Shown here in pieces: positions 11,269-21,356 of a stretch of 64,000 bases of DNA. Numbering within the stretch: the first letter of the stretch is position 1; each line of letters starts with the position of its first letter. A program made the translations under genes and the position numbers. Below the pieces are notes generated by a model. That model was not told the origin of the DNA and searched no databases. It saw only the letters and a program-made list of their open reading frames with translations. Source of the stretch: Salinispira sp. (GTDB lineage Bacteria > Spirochaetota > Spirochaetia > DSM-27196 > Salinispiraceae); the NCBI GenBank assembly GCA_965226555.1, contig CBDDDG010000010.1, positions 32,001-96,000 on the forward strand. The letters are read 5' to 3'.

Positions 11269-11553
11269 TTACTTATTGCTGCCCAAAAGGGCTGCAATAA
11301 GGGCAACAACTGCACCGCCAATGGCTGCGCCTGTTATGAGCCCCTTGGTTTTTTCATCCTTTGCCCACTTCATAATAGTAGCGGCAAGAGAAGCGGCATT
11401 CTCATTCGGCAGGCCTTCGGTTTTCAATCGGTCGCAAACTGTCTCGTAGCTGACGCCCGGCTTGCGGAGTTCCTCAATTGCCGACACCAGAATTTCCCGG
11501 GTCAACTCAGGAAAGGAATCCTGCAACTGCTGTAGTTTTTCACTTTCATTCAT
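11269..11553 (-). CDS. Small protein with C-terminal TM/amphipathic helix, third gene of the GTPase operon
   Basis: RBS AGGAGG; C-terminus GLITGAAIGGAVVALIAALLG. Confidence 0.75.
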   Translation of the reverse strand: MNESEKLQQLQDSFPELTREILVSAIEELRKPGVSYETVCDRLKTEGLPNENAASLAATIMKWAKDEKTKGLITGAAIGGAVVALIAALLGSNK

Positions 11554-11576
11554 AAAAAATCCTCCTGATTTTCATA

Positions 11577-13289
11577 TTAGTATATATTCTGCAAAATAGC
11601 ATCCAACTCTTTATGAATTAAATTCAAATCTGCAACTAGGCTATTAGTTTGTGCAATAACCGACATTTCGGAATCTTTAATTTTTTTAATTTCTTCTTCA
11701 ATAGGTTGAAATTTTTCCTTAAAAAAGTTCTTGACCTGTTTTTTAAAGGCACCCTCTATATCGTTCGCAATACCTTTGAAAGTTGAGTTAATTTCTGTTC
11801 GCGCATCCGCTAATTTGCGGGCGTTTTCTTCATCTTGCTGCACATCCTTTACATCAAAAACAAGAGATATAACTAAAAAAATGGGACCCGCTACCTTGAG
11901 CAGGTTACCAAAAGCTTTTGTAATACCAATAGCCTGATAAGGAATAAATTTATACCCAATTTTGTGACCTACCGTAAGAACCGCTTTATGTGCCACACTT
12001 CCTGAAACATCTGCATTTTTCAGGAAGCCCATGCCAACGCTTGCCCCTTTCTTAACGGTAAAATTACCAAAAGATTGTATACATGTATCCGCGATCTGCT
12101 CAAACTGACGAAACCTTTCGTGTGCCTTTTTAGCTGTTTCAGACGTTGCTGCATCTGACGCATTCACGGAAAACTTTTCATCTTCATTCAGAATAAATTC
12201 TTCAAGAAGACGATTTTCGAATATCTTCTGTAAGTCGGGCTTAATATCTTCCATGCAGCTGTTGATGGCCTGTTCAACAGATTCTGCAGCCTCTTGGTTA
12301 TATTTTGATATGCTTTTTTCTGCTTTTCTGGATTCATCCTCAAGATTACTCTTGCTTCCCAGAAGAGAAGTAAGTTTTGAAGATTGAGCTTGAATTTTAG
12401 TATGTAAGTCCAGAACAATACCATCCAGTTCCCCTTCCAGACTTCTGCGCCTGCGGTTCATGGCCTTTGAAAGGCGGTTTAAAATAAGAAGTTTGGCATC
12501 ATCTTCATTATTATCGCGTACTACCGATTGAACGGCATCTTCAATGGACGCACGTAATATACGGATGGGTGTGTCCAACTTTGCATAGGCACTATTCTCA
12601 TTCGTAAAGGCATTTAGATCAGCTATAAAGGTATCAAACCGACTCAGCTTCTGAAGTTCTGCATCATGTGTATCTACTCCATCAATATAATCAAGGGCAT
12701 CAATGTATGAAACTACAAATGAATTAAGAAGATTAGGCGTAAGCGCATCCTGAAGGCTCTTAGCATAGTTTTCAATTTTTTCATTGTCATCCCCCGCCTC
12801 CGATGAAAGTTTATTTACAACCAACATCATTTTGTTTTTATACTTATAATTATATGCAAGTTCTTTAAAATTTTTAGCGGTAATTGAATCAAACAAAGAG
12901 TGAGTAAGGGTAAAAATAAGAATATCGCTTTCTTTCATTTTTTGAAGTGTTATTTCGTCGTGATTCTTTCGCTCGGTATACAACCCAGGGGTATCTATAA
13001 GCTTTATCCCGTTCCAATCGTATTCACTTGTATGATCTGTGGCAATATCGGCTGAAATTTTAATATCCTTACGTCCGGTAAGCGCAGAAATAATCGTGGA
13101 TTTGCCAGCGCTGTACTCGCCAATAAAGGCAACTGTAAGATAACCCCGCTGCCTGTATTCGGAATGCTGCTTTTCAAAATCTTGTTTAATTTTTTGAAGC
13201 AATTTCGGATGGTTATTGGTAATTTCAATAAATTTGTCTGCGCATGACTGAAACTGACTTATAATTTTCTCACCGTCAAATGTTAACAT
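11577..13289 (-). CDS. Dynamin-like GTPase (LeoA/HP0731-like)
   Basis: G1 GEYSAGKST, G3 DTPG, G4 NKLS, long helical stalk, hydrophobic paddle near C-terminus. Confidence 0.8.
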   Translation of the reverse strand: MLTFDGEKIISQFQSCADKFIEITNNHPKLLQKIKQDFEKQHSEYRQRGYLTVAFIGEYSAGKSTIISALTGRKDIKISADIATDHTSEYDWNGIKLIDTPGLYTERKNHDEITLQKMKESDILIFTLTHSLFDSITAKNFKELAYNYKYKNKMMLVVNKLSSEAGDDNEKIENYAKSLQDALTPNLLNSFVVSYIDALDYIDGVDTHDAELQKLSRFDTFIADLNAFTNENSAYAKLDTPIRILRASIEDAVQSVVRDNNEDDAKLLILNRLSKAMNRRRRSLEGELDGIVLDLHTKIQAQSSKLTSLLGSKSNLEDESRKAEKSISKYNQEAAESVEQAINSCMEDIKPDLQKIFENRLLEEFILNEDEKFSVNASDAATSETAKKAHERFRQFEQIADTCIQSFGNFTVKKGASVGMGFLKNADVSGSVAHKAVLTVGHKIGYKFIPYQAIGITKAFGNLLKVAGPIFLVISLVFDVKDVQQDEENARKLADARTEINSTFKGIANDIEGAFKKQVKNFFKEKFQPIEEEIKKIKDSEMSVIAQTNSLVADLNLIHKELDAILQNIY

Positions 13290-13302
13290 AACAATTATCT
13301 CC

Positions 13303-15810
13303 TTATGATGATATTTTGATAAAAAGGTCTTCTTGCAGAACCGATTTAATTTCTTCTTCTAGTTTTTTGGAGTTTACAGGTATCATTGTGGTAATAGTAA
13401 TTTCTTTGCCAACTTTGCGTTCTACCGATTGTATTACTCTCTTAATGGACTCCTCAGTCAGCGATGTCCGTTGGCATTGAACCCAGTCTATAACACGTTT
13501 TGCAAAGGCCATGTTCAATTTAGTGTTAATTGAAATTAAAGTTTTCTGTGTCTTCAACATTGCCGCGTTAAACGATGCAAGTCCTTCTTCCATTATATTA
13601 AAATAATCGGATATCTTTTTCTCAATTTCTTTACTGCTTTTCTCGAAGTTCTTTTGAACATTTTCTATAATTGTTTTTTGCTGATCTGCAACTGACTCTT
13701 CAAGTGTGGAGCGTATCTTGGATATTGCCTCCTGCCTTTTTTTTGCTTTTGATTTAAAAAAATTGGAAAGGATGCTCATAACCCCTCCCACAATTATTAA
13801 TGGCCAAGCAAATGAGGCTAATGCACCCCCTACTCCCCAAGCTATGGTACCGAGCAACCCCATTACCCCGCCACCAAATTTCAAAAAATTCTTCGCAAAC
13901 ATACTGGATTCTTCTGCTCTAATATCAATATGCTTAAATTCAAAATTTCCCAGCAAACTGATCTCCGAAGCGGTTTCACTGAGAAGTTCTTCAACGTTAC
14001 TTACATAAGTGTTCATTACCTTCCTATAAATAGCATCTAATTTTTGTGTATGCTTCTCCGCATGATCTTTCCATTCACTTTGCACATATGATTCTGTAGG
14101 TTCACAGTGTTCTTCGGCAAAGCGGGGTATACTGCCCCGCAATTCCTGAAAAACTTTACCAAACCCATTTTGCAAGTCTTTTTGGGCCTGTTGTGAGAAT
14201 TCTGCCGTACCACAGTTAACACGTTTTTTTGCTATCTGAAGATTCTCCCTGTTCTTTTTCAGAACACTTACTCTCTCGGCGATCCAACGAATAATTGGCT
14301 CAATTTCGCCAACAGTACAACCAAGCAGAGTCTGGGATCTCCGAATTTCTCCATCGCGTATCAACGACAATTTCAAACTATCGAGAAAATTTGTCAAACG
14401 ACTGGCTTTCAAGAGGGCATGCTGCTGTGAACTATATTCAGGTTTTTGGCTTATTAAGGCTGCGTATAGCTGAACCGGTATAATATCAAAATAATCATTC
14501 CCGTAGTGTTCTTTGGCATAACGGTTAATTCGATCAAAATGCCCACCCAGCGCAGATTTATCTTTAACAGAAAATGTTTTGCTTGGATTTTCAAGAAACT
14601 TTTCAATTTTCCGCGGATGTGTCAGATTTTCTTGTACATTCAACAAAATTATCAGAGGTTTTGCCTTGTTCTTTAATTTCTCTAAAAAGGCAAATTCTGT
14701 TTTTTGTTGATTATTATTTGTCAAAACAAAACAGATAACATCAGATTCATCAATTATCCTTTCGGCAATGGACTCATCTGTTTTTCCACCGGGGGCGCCA
14801 ATCCCGGGTGTATCAATAATGCGAATGTTTTTCCATTCATATACCCTGTTCAAACGGGTTTTCCGCTGTTTGCCAGCACCAATGGCTTCCTCGCCCCCCC
14901 CTGTGATAACTGCATGTAATGTGCTTTTCCCAGCCTTTGTTTTTCCAAGAAAGGAAATGGTGAAATATTGAGTTGCACTCTGCTTTTTATGGATTGATGC
15001 ATTAATGGTTTCAATTTTCTTAAATATATCCTGAACCAAGGATTTTTCGGTTTCCTGTAAGAAGGTGACCACTTCTTGAGTGTGTTCTTGATCCTTACCG
15101 ACAACAATTTTTGCAATTTCCGTTATTGGTTTTTCCAGTTCCTGTTGCAGATTTTTTAAAGATTCACGAGTCTTGCTCAGCGCCGGAATGGCAAAGGTAA
15201 TATCTTCATTTGCCACTTCTCTACAACGTTCAATAGCCTTGTCATATTCCGGACCACTCAGCAGTATCTTGTGCTCTAATTTGCCTAGAGTATTCTGAAC
15301 AAGATCTGATTTGAAAGATGCGAACATTGGAAGCAATTTACCGCCAAACAATTTATTAATGCCTGCAATTATTTTTTCACCTGTAGTAAATTGCTGTGAA
15401 TAATCTAATGACACCATCGTGTCTATATTTTTATTTGCCAGTGCCTCTGCAGAAGCACACATTCGGTCCAATTCAGATTCTGACACTCCCCATTCATCAG
15501 CAAGATGTTTCAACAACTCTCGTTCAAGTGGATGGCAGAATCCATCCACATACGCCAGATAAGCGCAATTTTCCAGACAGGAGATGCGTAACGTATCTGG
15601 AATTGATTTAATTACTACATCAAGAGGAAGCATGTTTTCTTGCTGAGATAGTATCTTCTCCGCTTCTTCCTGCGTTTTTTCATTAATTATATGTTCTCCA
15701 GCAATTTGAGCTAAGGCCTGTGTTTCTTTTATGTGTTCCTGCCTATCTGCGCAAACTACATAAAAATATAATAAAAAATGATAATCAATTTTATTCATAT
15801 TATTTGGCAT
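13303..15810 (-). CDS. TerB-like N-terminal domain fused to dynamin-like GTPase
   Basis: N-terminal VVCADRQEH...AYVDGFCHPLERELL (TerB-like); GKTKAGKST, DTPG; TM hairpin GGGVMGLLGTIAWGVGGALASFAWPLIIVGG; RBS GGAGGT before ATG 15810. Confidence 0.78.
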   Translation of the reverse strand: MPNNMNKIDYHFLLYFYVVCADRQEHIKETQALAQIAGEHIINEKTQEEAEKILSQQENMLPLDVVIKSIPDTLRISCLENCAYLAYVDGFCHPLERELLKHLADEWGVSESELDRMCASAEALANKNIDTMVSLDYSQQFTTGEKIIAGINKLFGGKLLPMFASFKSDLVQNTLGKLEHKILLSGPEYDKAIERCREVANEDITFAIPALSKTRESLKNLQQELEKPITEIAKIVVGKDQEHTQEVVTFLQETEKSLVQDIFKKIETINASIHKKQSATQYFTISFLGKTKAGKSTLHAVITGGGEEAIGAGKQRKTRLNRVYEWKNIRIIDTPGIGAPGGKTDESIAERIIDESDVICFVLTNNNQQKTEFAFLEKLKNKAKPLIILLNVQENLTHPRKIEKFLENPSKTFSVKDKSALGGHFDRINRYAKEHYGNDYFDIIPVQLYAALISQKPEYSSQQHALLKASRLTNFLDSLKLSLIRDGEIRRSQTLLGCTVGEIEPIIRWIAERVSVLKKNRENLQIAKKRVNCGTAEFSQQAQKDLQNGFGKVFQELRGSIPRFAEEHCEPTESYVQSEWKDHAEKHTQKLDAIYRKVMNTYVSNVEELLSETASEISLLGNFEFKHIDIRAEESSMFAKNFLKFGGGVMGLLGTIAWGVGGALASFAWPLIIVGGVMSILSNFFKSKAKKRQEAISKIRSTLEESVADQQKTIIENVQKNFEKSSKEIEKKISDYFNIMEEGLASFNAAMLKTQKTLISINTKLNMAFAKRVIDWVQCQRTSLTEESIKRVIQSVERKVGKEITITTMIPVNSKKLEEEIKSVLQEDLFIKISS

Positions 15811-16058
15811 AAGTACCTCCAGTTGCATAATTACCTCAATATGTTAACAATTTGTATTCTATAGAATATGCAGTTCATTATGCAATAGCAGTGGAAAATA
15901 TTTCTGGGATATAAACCTTTGGACAGACCCCTCCTCCCCAGTGTAAAACGAAGGTTATTCGTATACACTGGGGGTTGTATAAAACATAAAAGGAGGGAAA
16001 CAGTGAACAGTAGTATCACATATTCTCAGTATCATCGCAAGTCTCGGAAGTATCAGGC

Positions 16059-16245
16059 GGTGAATTCAACCATAAGTGCACCACCTCCCCGCCCTCTGAG
16101 ATATAGTGAGTATAAGAAAAAACCACTACGAGGAGGACAAAAAGGTGGTGCACAGACAGTATAATCAGTTGGATACGGATAATCGAGAGGATATTGTCTA
16201 TTATCGACGAAAAGGATATCCCGTCGGGGAGATGGCTCTGTCGGT
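16059..16245 (+). mobile_element. IS30-family left-end remnant with truncated transposase N-terminus
   Basis: IR-like GGTGAATTCAACCATAAGTGCACC, RBS GAGGAGG, peptide VHRQYNQLDTDNREDIVYYRRKGYPVGEMA resembling the IS30 N-terminal HTH. Confidence 0.55.
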
Positions 16246-16306
16246 TACCTTCCGCAAATCTCTCTTGGTCGTGCCCCGCTTCTTGTTTTCAAGACCCTCG
16301 TCGGAT

Positions 16307-16660
16307 TCAAAGCGCCGAGAGGAAGGTTCCAAGGGTGGCTACTCCGATGATGAGGCCAATGACCCCCACAACGCCGACAACAGCCGCCAGTATTCTGGCA
16401 CCCCGCACCCGTTCCAGAGCGACGCCGTCTCCATCTTTCGGATCGCCAAATCCAAGATGGAACACATCGAATAGCACAGCAACTCCTCGCAAAACACCGA
16501 CAATTACGCTAATTGACGGAAGGAGCAATGATACCCCCCAAGAAAGCAAATATATGCTACCCGATCCTTTTTTACCAACATAAAATCGGTGGGCGCCAAA
16601 TATCCCCAAAAATATCAAAAGCAGGGTATATGACCATGTGCTTTTTGAACTTATTTCCAT
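16307..16660 (-). CDS. TM2-domain membrane protein
   Basis: KSTWSYTLLLIFLGIFGAHRFYVGK TM2 motif; RBS AGGAGG. Confidence 0.8.
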   Translation of the reverse strand: MEISSKSTWSYTLLLIFLGIFGAHRFYVGKKGSGSIYLLSWGVSLLLPSISVIVGVLRGVAVLFDVFHLGFGDPKDGDGVALERVRGARILAAVVGVVGVIGLIIGVATLGTFLSAL

Positions 16661-16772
16661 AATGATTCCTCCTGAATAGTATGGTTTTCTGTCAGACACG
16701 CAACGCAATGCCCGCATTTGTTACTGAGTTTGAGTTCGGAACCGGACTTCGCTGCCGACACGTTTCCATTGG

Positions 16773-16986
16773 TTATGGACGTGCCCGGGTACTCATGTTG
16801 TAGGCATATATTTTCTCATCCCAAATATCGCTAACCCACATTGTTGTTCCATCTGACCAAATGCCCCTCGGAAACAAATTCCCAGCAACTTTAAGTGTGT
16901 TAAAATCATTCTTTGATCCTGCGCAGGTTGTAATGACGAATACCGCGAGAAAAAAGGATAAAGGCCAACAGAATCCTCTTCAGCAA
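16773..16986 (-). pseudogene. Frameshifted/truncated lipoprotein fragment with one beta-propeller-type repeat
   Basis: MLKRILLAFIL shifts frame at a T6 run to LAVFVITTCAGSKNDFNTLKVAGNLFPRGIWSDGTTMWVSDIWDEKIYAYN. Confidence 0.5.
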
Positions 16987-17136
16987 ATATGATCCTGGGA
17001 CGGAGTGCTTCCTACTGCTTCTGTTTTGGTTGCTTGGTATATCGGGTACCATTCTATCAATAATCTCCCATGATTAATAGTAGCATTACTTTACCTGTGG
17101 AGCAGGAACATTGTCAAGAGAAATTTTTGCAAAAGT

Positions 17137-17263
17137 GCGAATTCAACCATAAGTGCACCACCTCCCTGCCCTCTGAGATATAGTGAGTATACATACTATC
17201 TGGATTCCCGATGGCTCCAAGGATCTGCCGGTGGAGTCGAAGCTCTTCGGTATTGAATTCGCC
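17137..17263. mobile_element. IS30-derived miniature element (~127 bp)
   Basis: Starts GCGAATTCAACCATAAGTGCACC (a ~50-bp direct repeat of 16061-16112) and ends TTGAATTCGCC. Confidence 0.5.
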
Positions 17264-17275
17264 TACTGATCGATC

Positions 17276-19537
17276 CTACTGCTCGCGCTGGGAAAAGAGA
17301 TAGGCGCTGCCGGAGCTTTCTCCGGCATTATTATTCTTATACTCGCCGACAATTGCCGTCTCTCCATCGAAGGCAACACTGGCTCCAAAGCTATCACCCG
17401 CAGCCGCATCGGGAGCAAGCATCTTATCATGCTGGCGCCACACACCATCGCTTCCTCGGGTAAAAACGTAGGCGCTGCCGGAGTCGACTCCGGCATCATC
17501 ATTCCCGAAGGCGCCGACAATTGCGGTGTTTCCAGAAATAGCGACACTGGCTCCAAAGCCATCATTCTCAGCCAAGTCAGTTGCGACAAGTTTTATCTGC
17601 TGATTCCAGTCCGTCTCCCCTTCAGTAAAAATGTATGCGGCGCCGGTAGCAATTCCATTATCAAAATTTCCATCAGCTCCGACAATTATTGTTGTTCCAT
17701 CGAAGGCAACACTGCTTCCAAATTTATTACCCTCAATCCGGTCACTTGCGGATATGACGCCGTAAATAGCACTCCAAGTCGTCCCGTTCCGGCGATATGC
17801 CTGTACAGTGCCTTTATCACTTGCTGAGCCAGGAATGCCAACCATTATCGTATTCCCATAAATAGCGACACTTCTTCCAAAATTATCATTTGCACCCGTG
17901 GAATGGAGTTTTTCTGGCTGGGACCAGTTGCCAGTGCTGTTTCGGGTAAAAGTGTATGCGCTGCCGCTATCGCTGGAGCCATCGTTGTCTTCAAACGGGG
18001 CGCCGACAATTGCCGTATTTCCATAAATAGCGACACTGTTTCCAAATCTATTACCCGGAGCCGAGTTAGTTGCGACAAGTTTTGCCTGCTGGCTCCAGTT
18101 GCCATTGTTGCCTCGGATAAAAATGTATGCGGCGCCGGCATTTTGGGTGGTGATTGTTGGATTCATAGGGTCGCCGGTACTAGTAATAACAGTATCATGT
18201 TGCGCGCCGATAATTGCCGTGCCATTAGCCTCATCAATAGCGACACTATTTCCAAATTCAGCGCCGGAAACCGCGTTAGTTGCGACAAGTTTTGCCTGCT
18301 GGCTCCAGTTGCCAGTACTCCCTTTGGTGAATATGTACGCGATACCGGAATTACCGGGGTTATTATCATCCTCGGCAAACGGCGCGCCGACAATTGCGGT
18401 ATTCCCATCAATAGCGACACTTATTCCAAAATTATCATTCGCAGCCGCATCGGAAGCCGTAATTTCTTCCTGTAGGGGGAAGTACCATGGGGTGCCGGCT
18501 ACTGCCGCAGACCAGCCGCCGGGTCCCTGAGCGTTAATGGCTTGTATGCTCGCCTCGTACTCGGCGCCGTTTGTGAGCCCAGAGAAGGTGTAGCGCGCGC
18601 CGATAATACCGTAGCTGAGCTCCGTCCATTCCACGGGTTCTTCTCCTTCTCCAACTGTTTCGCGATAGCGCAGGTTGTAGGCGCTAATGGCGTTGCCGCC
18701 GTCATCAGTAACCGTCCATGTCGCAACAAGTTCCCTATCGTTCGCTTCGAGGGTTACAACTGGCGCGCTGGGAACAGTGGCAGGCGCCAATGCTGCCGAT
18801 TCCGACCACGGCCCAGTTCCCTCACCGTTTATGGCGCGCGCCTGCACTTCGTACATGAGCCCGTTTGTCAGTCCGCTGCCAATGGTGTAGCGTGTGTCAG
18901 TAATACTAGGGGCAGGGGTAATGCCTTCGATAATTTTCGCCCATTCAATTTCCGTCCATTCGGCATTGCCCGCATCGCGGGACTCGCGGTAGCGCAGGTC
19001 GTAGGCGGTAATGTCGCTGCCGCCAATGTCCGGCGGGGCCTTCCATGCAACAGTAAGCGCTGTGTTCTTCGCTTCAAGCGCTGGCGGGGCAGGCGCTCCG
19101 GGAACATGCGCGGGCGCCAATGCCGCAGATTCCGACCATGGCCCCCCCCCCTGAGCGTTGACTGCGCGCATCTGCACTTCGTAGACAATTCCGTTTGTCA
19201 GTTCGCCAATGGTGTAGCCAGCGCCGATAATACCGTAGCTGAGCTCTGTCCACTCCGCATTTTCTGCTGGCGTTCCCGCCGCGCGGTGGCGCAGGTTGTA
19301 GCCAATAATGTCGCTGCCGCCGTTATTGGTCGGCGGGTTCCACGTAACAGTAAGCGAATTATTCCTTGCGGCAAGCTCCGGCGGCGCCATGGCAGACGGC
19401 GCGGTTGGTTCCGCAGCCGGCTTGGGTTCCGGGGTTGGCTCAGGGGTTGGTTCCGGCATTGGGCATGTAGAAATCAATACAATGCACATTGCGCAGAAAA
19501 TGAAAAAGATTGTTCCTTTGTATGACGAGATTCTCAT
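17276..19537 (-). CDS. Surface lipoprotein: 3x fibronectin type III + FG-GAP beta-propeller
   Basis: Leader ending LISTC, PEPT repeats, FN3 motifs (LTNG..YEVQ.RA.N..G.G.WS), repeated FG.SVAI.G.TAIVGA. Confidence 0.9.
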   Translation of the reverse strand: MRISSYKGTIFFIFCAMCIVLISTCPMPEPTPEPTPEPKPAAEPTAPSAMAPPELAARNNSLTVTWNPPTNNGGSDIIGYNLRHRAAGTPAENAEWTELSYGIIGAGYTIGELTNGIVYEVQMRAVNAQGGGPWSESAALAPAHVPGAPAPPALEAKNTALTVAWKAPPDIGGSDITAYDLRYRESRDAGNAEWTEIEWAKIIEGITPAPSITDTRYTIGSGLTNGLMYEVQARAINGEGTGPWSESAALAPATVPSAPVVTLEANDRELVATWTVTDDGGNAISAYNLRYRETVGEGEEPVEWTELSYGIIGARYTFSGLTNGAEYEASIQAINAQGPGGWSAAVAGTPWYFPLQEEITASDAAANDNFGISVAIDGNTAIVGAPFAEDDNNPGNSGIAYIFTKGSTGNWSQQAKLVATNAVSGAEFGNSVAIDEANGTAIIGAQHDTVITSTGDPMNPTITTQNAGAAYIFIRGNNGNWSQQAKLVATNSAPGNRFGNSVAIYGNTAIVGAPFEDNDGSSDSGSAYTFTRNSTGNWSQPEKLHSTGANDNFGRSVAIYGNTIMVGIPGSASDKGTVQAYRRNGTTWSAIYGVISASDRIEGNKFGSSVAFDGTTIIVGADGNFDNGIATGAAYIFTEGETDWNQQIKLVATDLAENDGFGASVAISGNTAIVGAFGNDDAGVDSGSAYVFTRGSDGVWRQHDKMLAPDAAAGDSFGASVAFDGETAIVGEYKNNNAGESSGSAYLFSQREQ

Positions 19538-19979
19538 ATATTTTGCCTCCTAAAATGGCTAATATCGATTATTTTTCTCAGAAAAATTCTGACGGCGTCC
19601 GCCATTATTTCTGAGGTCACTGAATAATACCACAAAGTTTTACAAAATGCAAAATTTCCCGATACTTTCCTCATATATTAATACGCATGCAGATATACGT
19701 CAACTACTTAGGATTGTGTGGGCCAATTCAACCATACGCGCACCCCTTCCCGACCACTAACCCCGCATTCCCGAGCCCTCCCCTCCCGTATCGCCCCGAA
19801 AATCCCTCCCAACCCGAAAAAATTCACACATTTTGCAAAATTCTTTCCACATACACAATCAAAAATGACCGTTTACCCGTCACAGATATAGAGGAGAGAA
19901 TTCACCATGGGACCATGTCGCCATGGGAGCTCCCCTATTCAGAAAGAAACGTTCAGAAAAAAACCTTCAGGAGGATTGT

Positions 19980-20996
19980 ATGATCGATTTCAAAGAAAAA
20001 CCCGCCCCCGTTCCCTACGACCAAGGCTACCGCTCCCTGCTGTTCCAACCCGCAATAATGCTCCAATTTCTTCAACGCTTTGTCGGAGGCGCATGGACGA
20101 AAAAATTGCGAATCGAGGATATAACCATCGAAAACGGTACCTTTTTCATTGACCATGCGAAAACACGAATGGCCGACATTGTCTGCAAAATAACGCAGAA
20201 GGATCACACGGGAGATGTTGTCATTTATGTGCTCCTTGAGCATCAGTCTGGAGTGGACAACGACATGCCCCTCCGCATGTCGGAATATACGAATCTGCTC
20301 TATCGGAACATTCACCGCTCCGGCGCAATTCCCGATGACTGCGAGTTGGTATTTCTGCCCATTGTGTTCTATAATGGTACGCGAAAATGGAAGGTGCCGG
20401 GGAATGTCAGAGAGCAACGGAAACGGAAATTCCCGCAGTATCTTGCTCCCTTTCCCTATGAGCTGATAAGTGAGAGCGATTATTCTGCGGAGCAGTTGCA
20501 GCAGCGGGGAAGAATGTTTGCGGCTGTTATGTACCTTGATCTGTACTCGAAAAATCTGCTGAATACGGATTGGGACATTCAGAAGGTGGAGAAAGCGATA
20601 GCAGAAATGCTGAATGAGGAATCGCTGGAGCTGATAAAGGAATTTATTGGCGTGGTAGATTCGATGTTCGGAATTGTTATAGATTTAGATACGTTAATGA
20701 ACAGATTAGAAAGAACAAAAGAACCGAGAGGTAAGGAGGTAGCAAAAATGTTCAGAATGAATGCGGAAACATTCAGAGCGCGCATTGCGGAGATGGGTCG
20801 GCAGGAAGGACTTCAGACAGGTCGGCAGGAAGGACTTCAGACAGGATTGCAAACAGGTCGACAGGAAGGTCGTGAAGAAGGCATTCGAGAAACGGCCCGC
20901 AGTATGTTTTTGGAAGGGTTGTCGACAGAGGCTGTTCAGAGAATTACCGGGCTGAGCGATGAGGAAATGCGGACATTGCGGAACGGATCGCATTAA
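19980..20996 (+). CDS. Rpn family recombination-promoting nuclease / PD-(D/E)XK protein, copy 1
   Basis: D.GYRSL, MADIV, LLEHQS..D..MPLRM, PIVFYNG..KW, C-terminal GRQEG repeats and ITGLS HTH. Confidence 0.9.
   Translation: MIDFKEKPAPVPYDQGYRSLLFQPAIMLQFLQRFVGGAWTKKLRIEDITIENGTFFIDHAKTRMADIVCKITQKDHTGDVVIYVLLEHQSGVDNDMPLRMSEYTNLLYRNIHRSGAIPDDCELVFLPIVFYNGTRKWKVPGNVREQRKRKFPQYLAPFPYELISESDYSAEQLQQRGRMFAAVMYLDLYSKNLLNTDWDIQKVEKAIAEMLNEESLELIKEFIGVVDSMFGIVIDLDTLMNRLERTKEPRGKEVAKMFRMNAETFRARIAEMGRQEGLQTGRQEGLQTGLQTGRQEGREEGIRETARSMFLEGLSTEAVQRITGLSDEEMRTLRNGSH
20748..20996 (+). CDS. Putative intragenic RpnS small protein (82 aa)
   Basis: In-frame TAAGGAGGT-N7-ATG inside the Rpn gene. Confidence 0.65.
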   Translation: MFRMNAETFRARIAEMGRQEGLQTGRQEGLQTGLQTGRQEGREEGIRETARSMFLEGLSTEAVQRITGLSDEEMRTLRNGSH

Positions 20997-21356
20997 TTGA
21001 CGTTGCTCGGCCTGCGCGCAGAGCGGATAATATCAACATCTGGATCAACCTCACAATACCAGTTCCTTCAGGGTATACTTAGACATTCTGGGACTTCATA
21101 CATTCGTACTTCAACAAAGGACTCATGCGGAAACTGCTGCTCCGCCTTAATGCCCGCATTCCCGAGCCCTCCCCTCCCGTATCGCCCCGAAAATCCCTCC
21201 CAACCCGAAAAAATTCACACATTTTGCAAAATTCTTTCCACATACACAGTCAAAAATGACCGTTTACCCGTCACAGATATAGAGGAGAGAATTCACCATG
21301 GGACCATGTCGCTATGGGAGCTCCCCTATTCAGAAAAAAACGTTCAGGAGGATTGT

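Noticed and set aside
16059..17190. Integron cassettes/attC sites
   Set aside because: No convincing RYYYAAC/GTTRRRY boxes and no intI; the repeats are better explained as IS30-like ends.
11085..17263. tRNA-targeted integrative element
   Set aside because: The island lies 5' of the tRNA; no integrase and no duplicated tRNA 3' end seen.
18542..19525. Long antisense ORFs (also 62297-63172, 24249-25007)
   Set aside because: Shadow frames of well-supported opposite-strand genes.
20997..21356. 120-aa N-terminal extension of Rpn copy 2
   Set aside because: It is the duplicated upstream region plus a decayed Rpn fragment; paralogs start at MIDF after AGGAGG.
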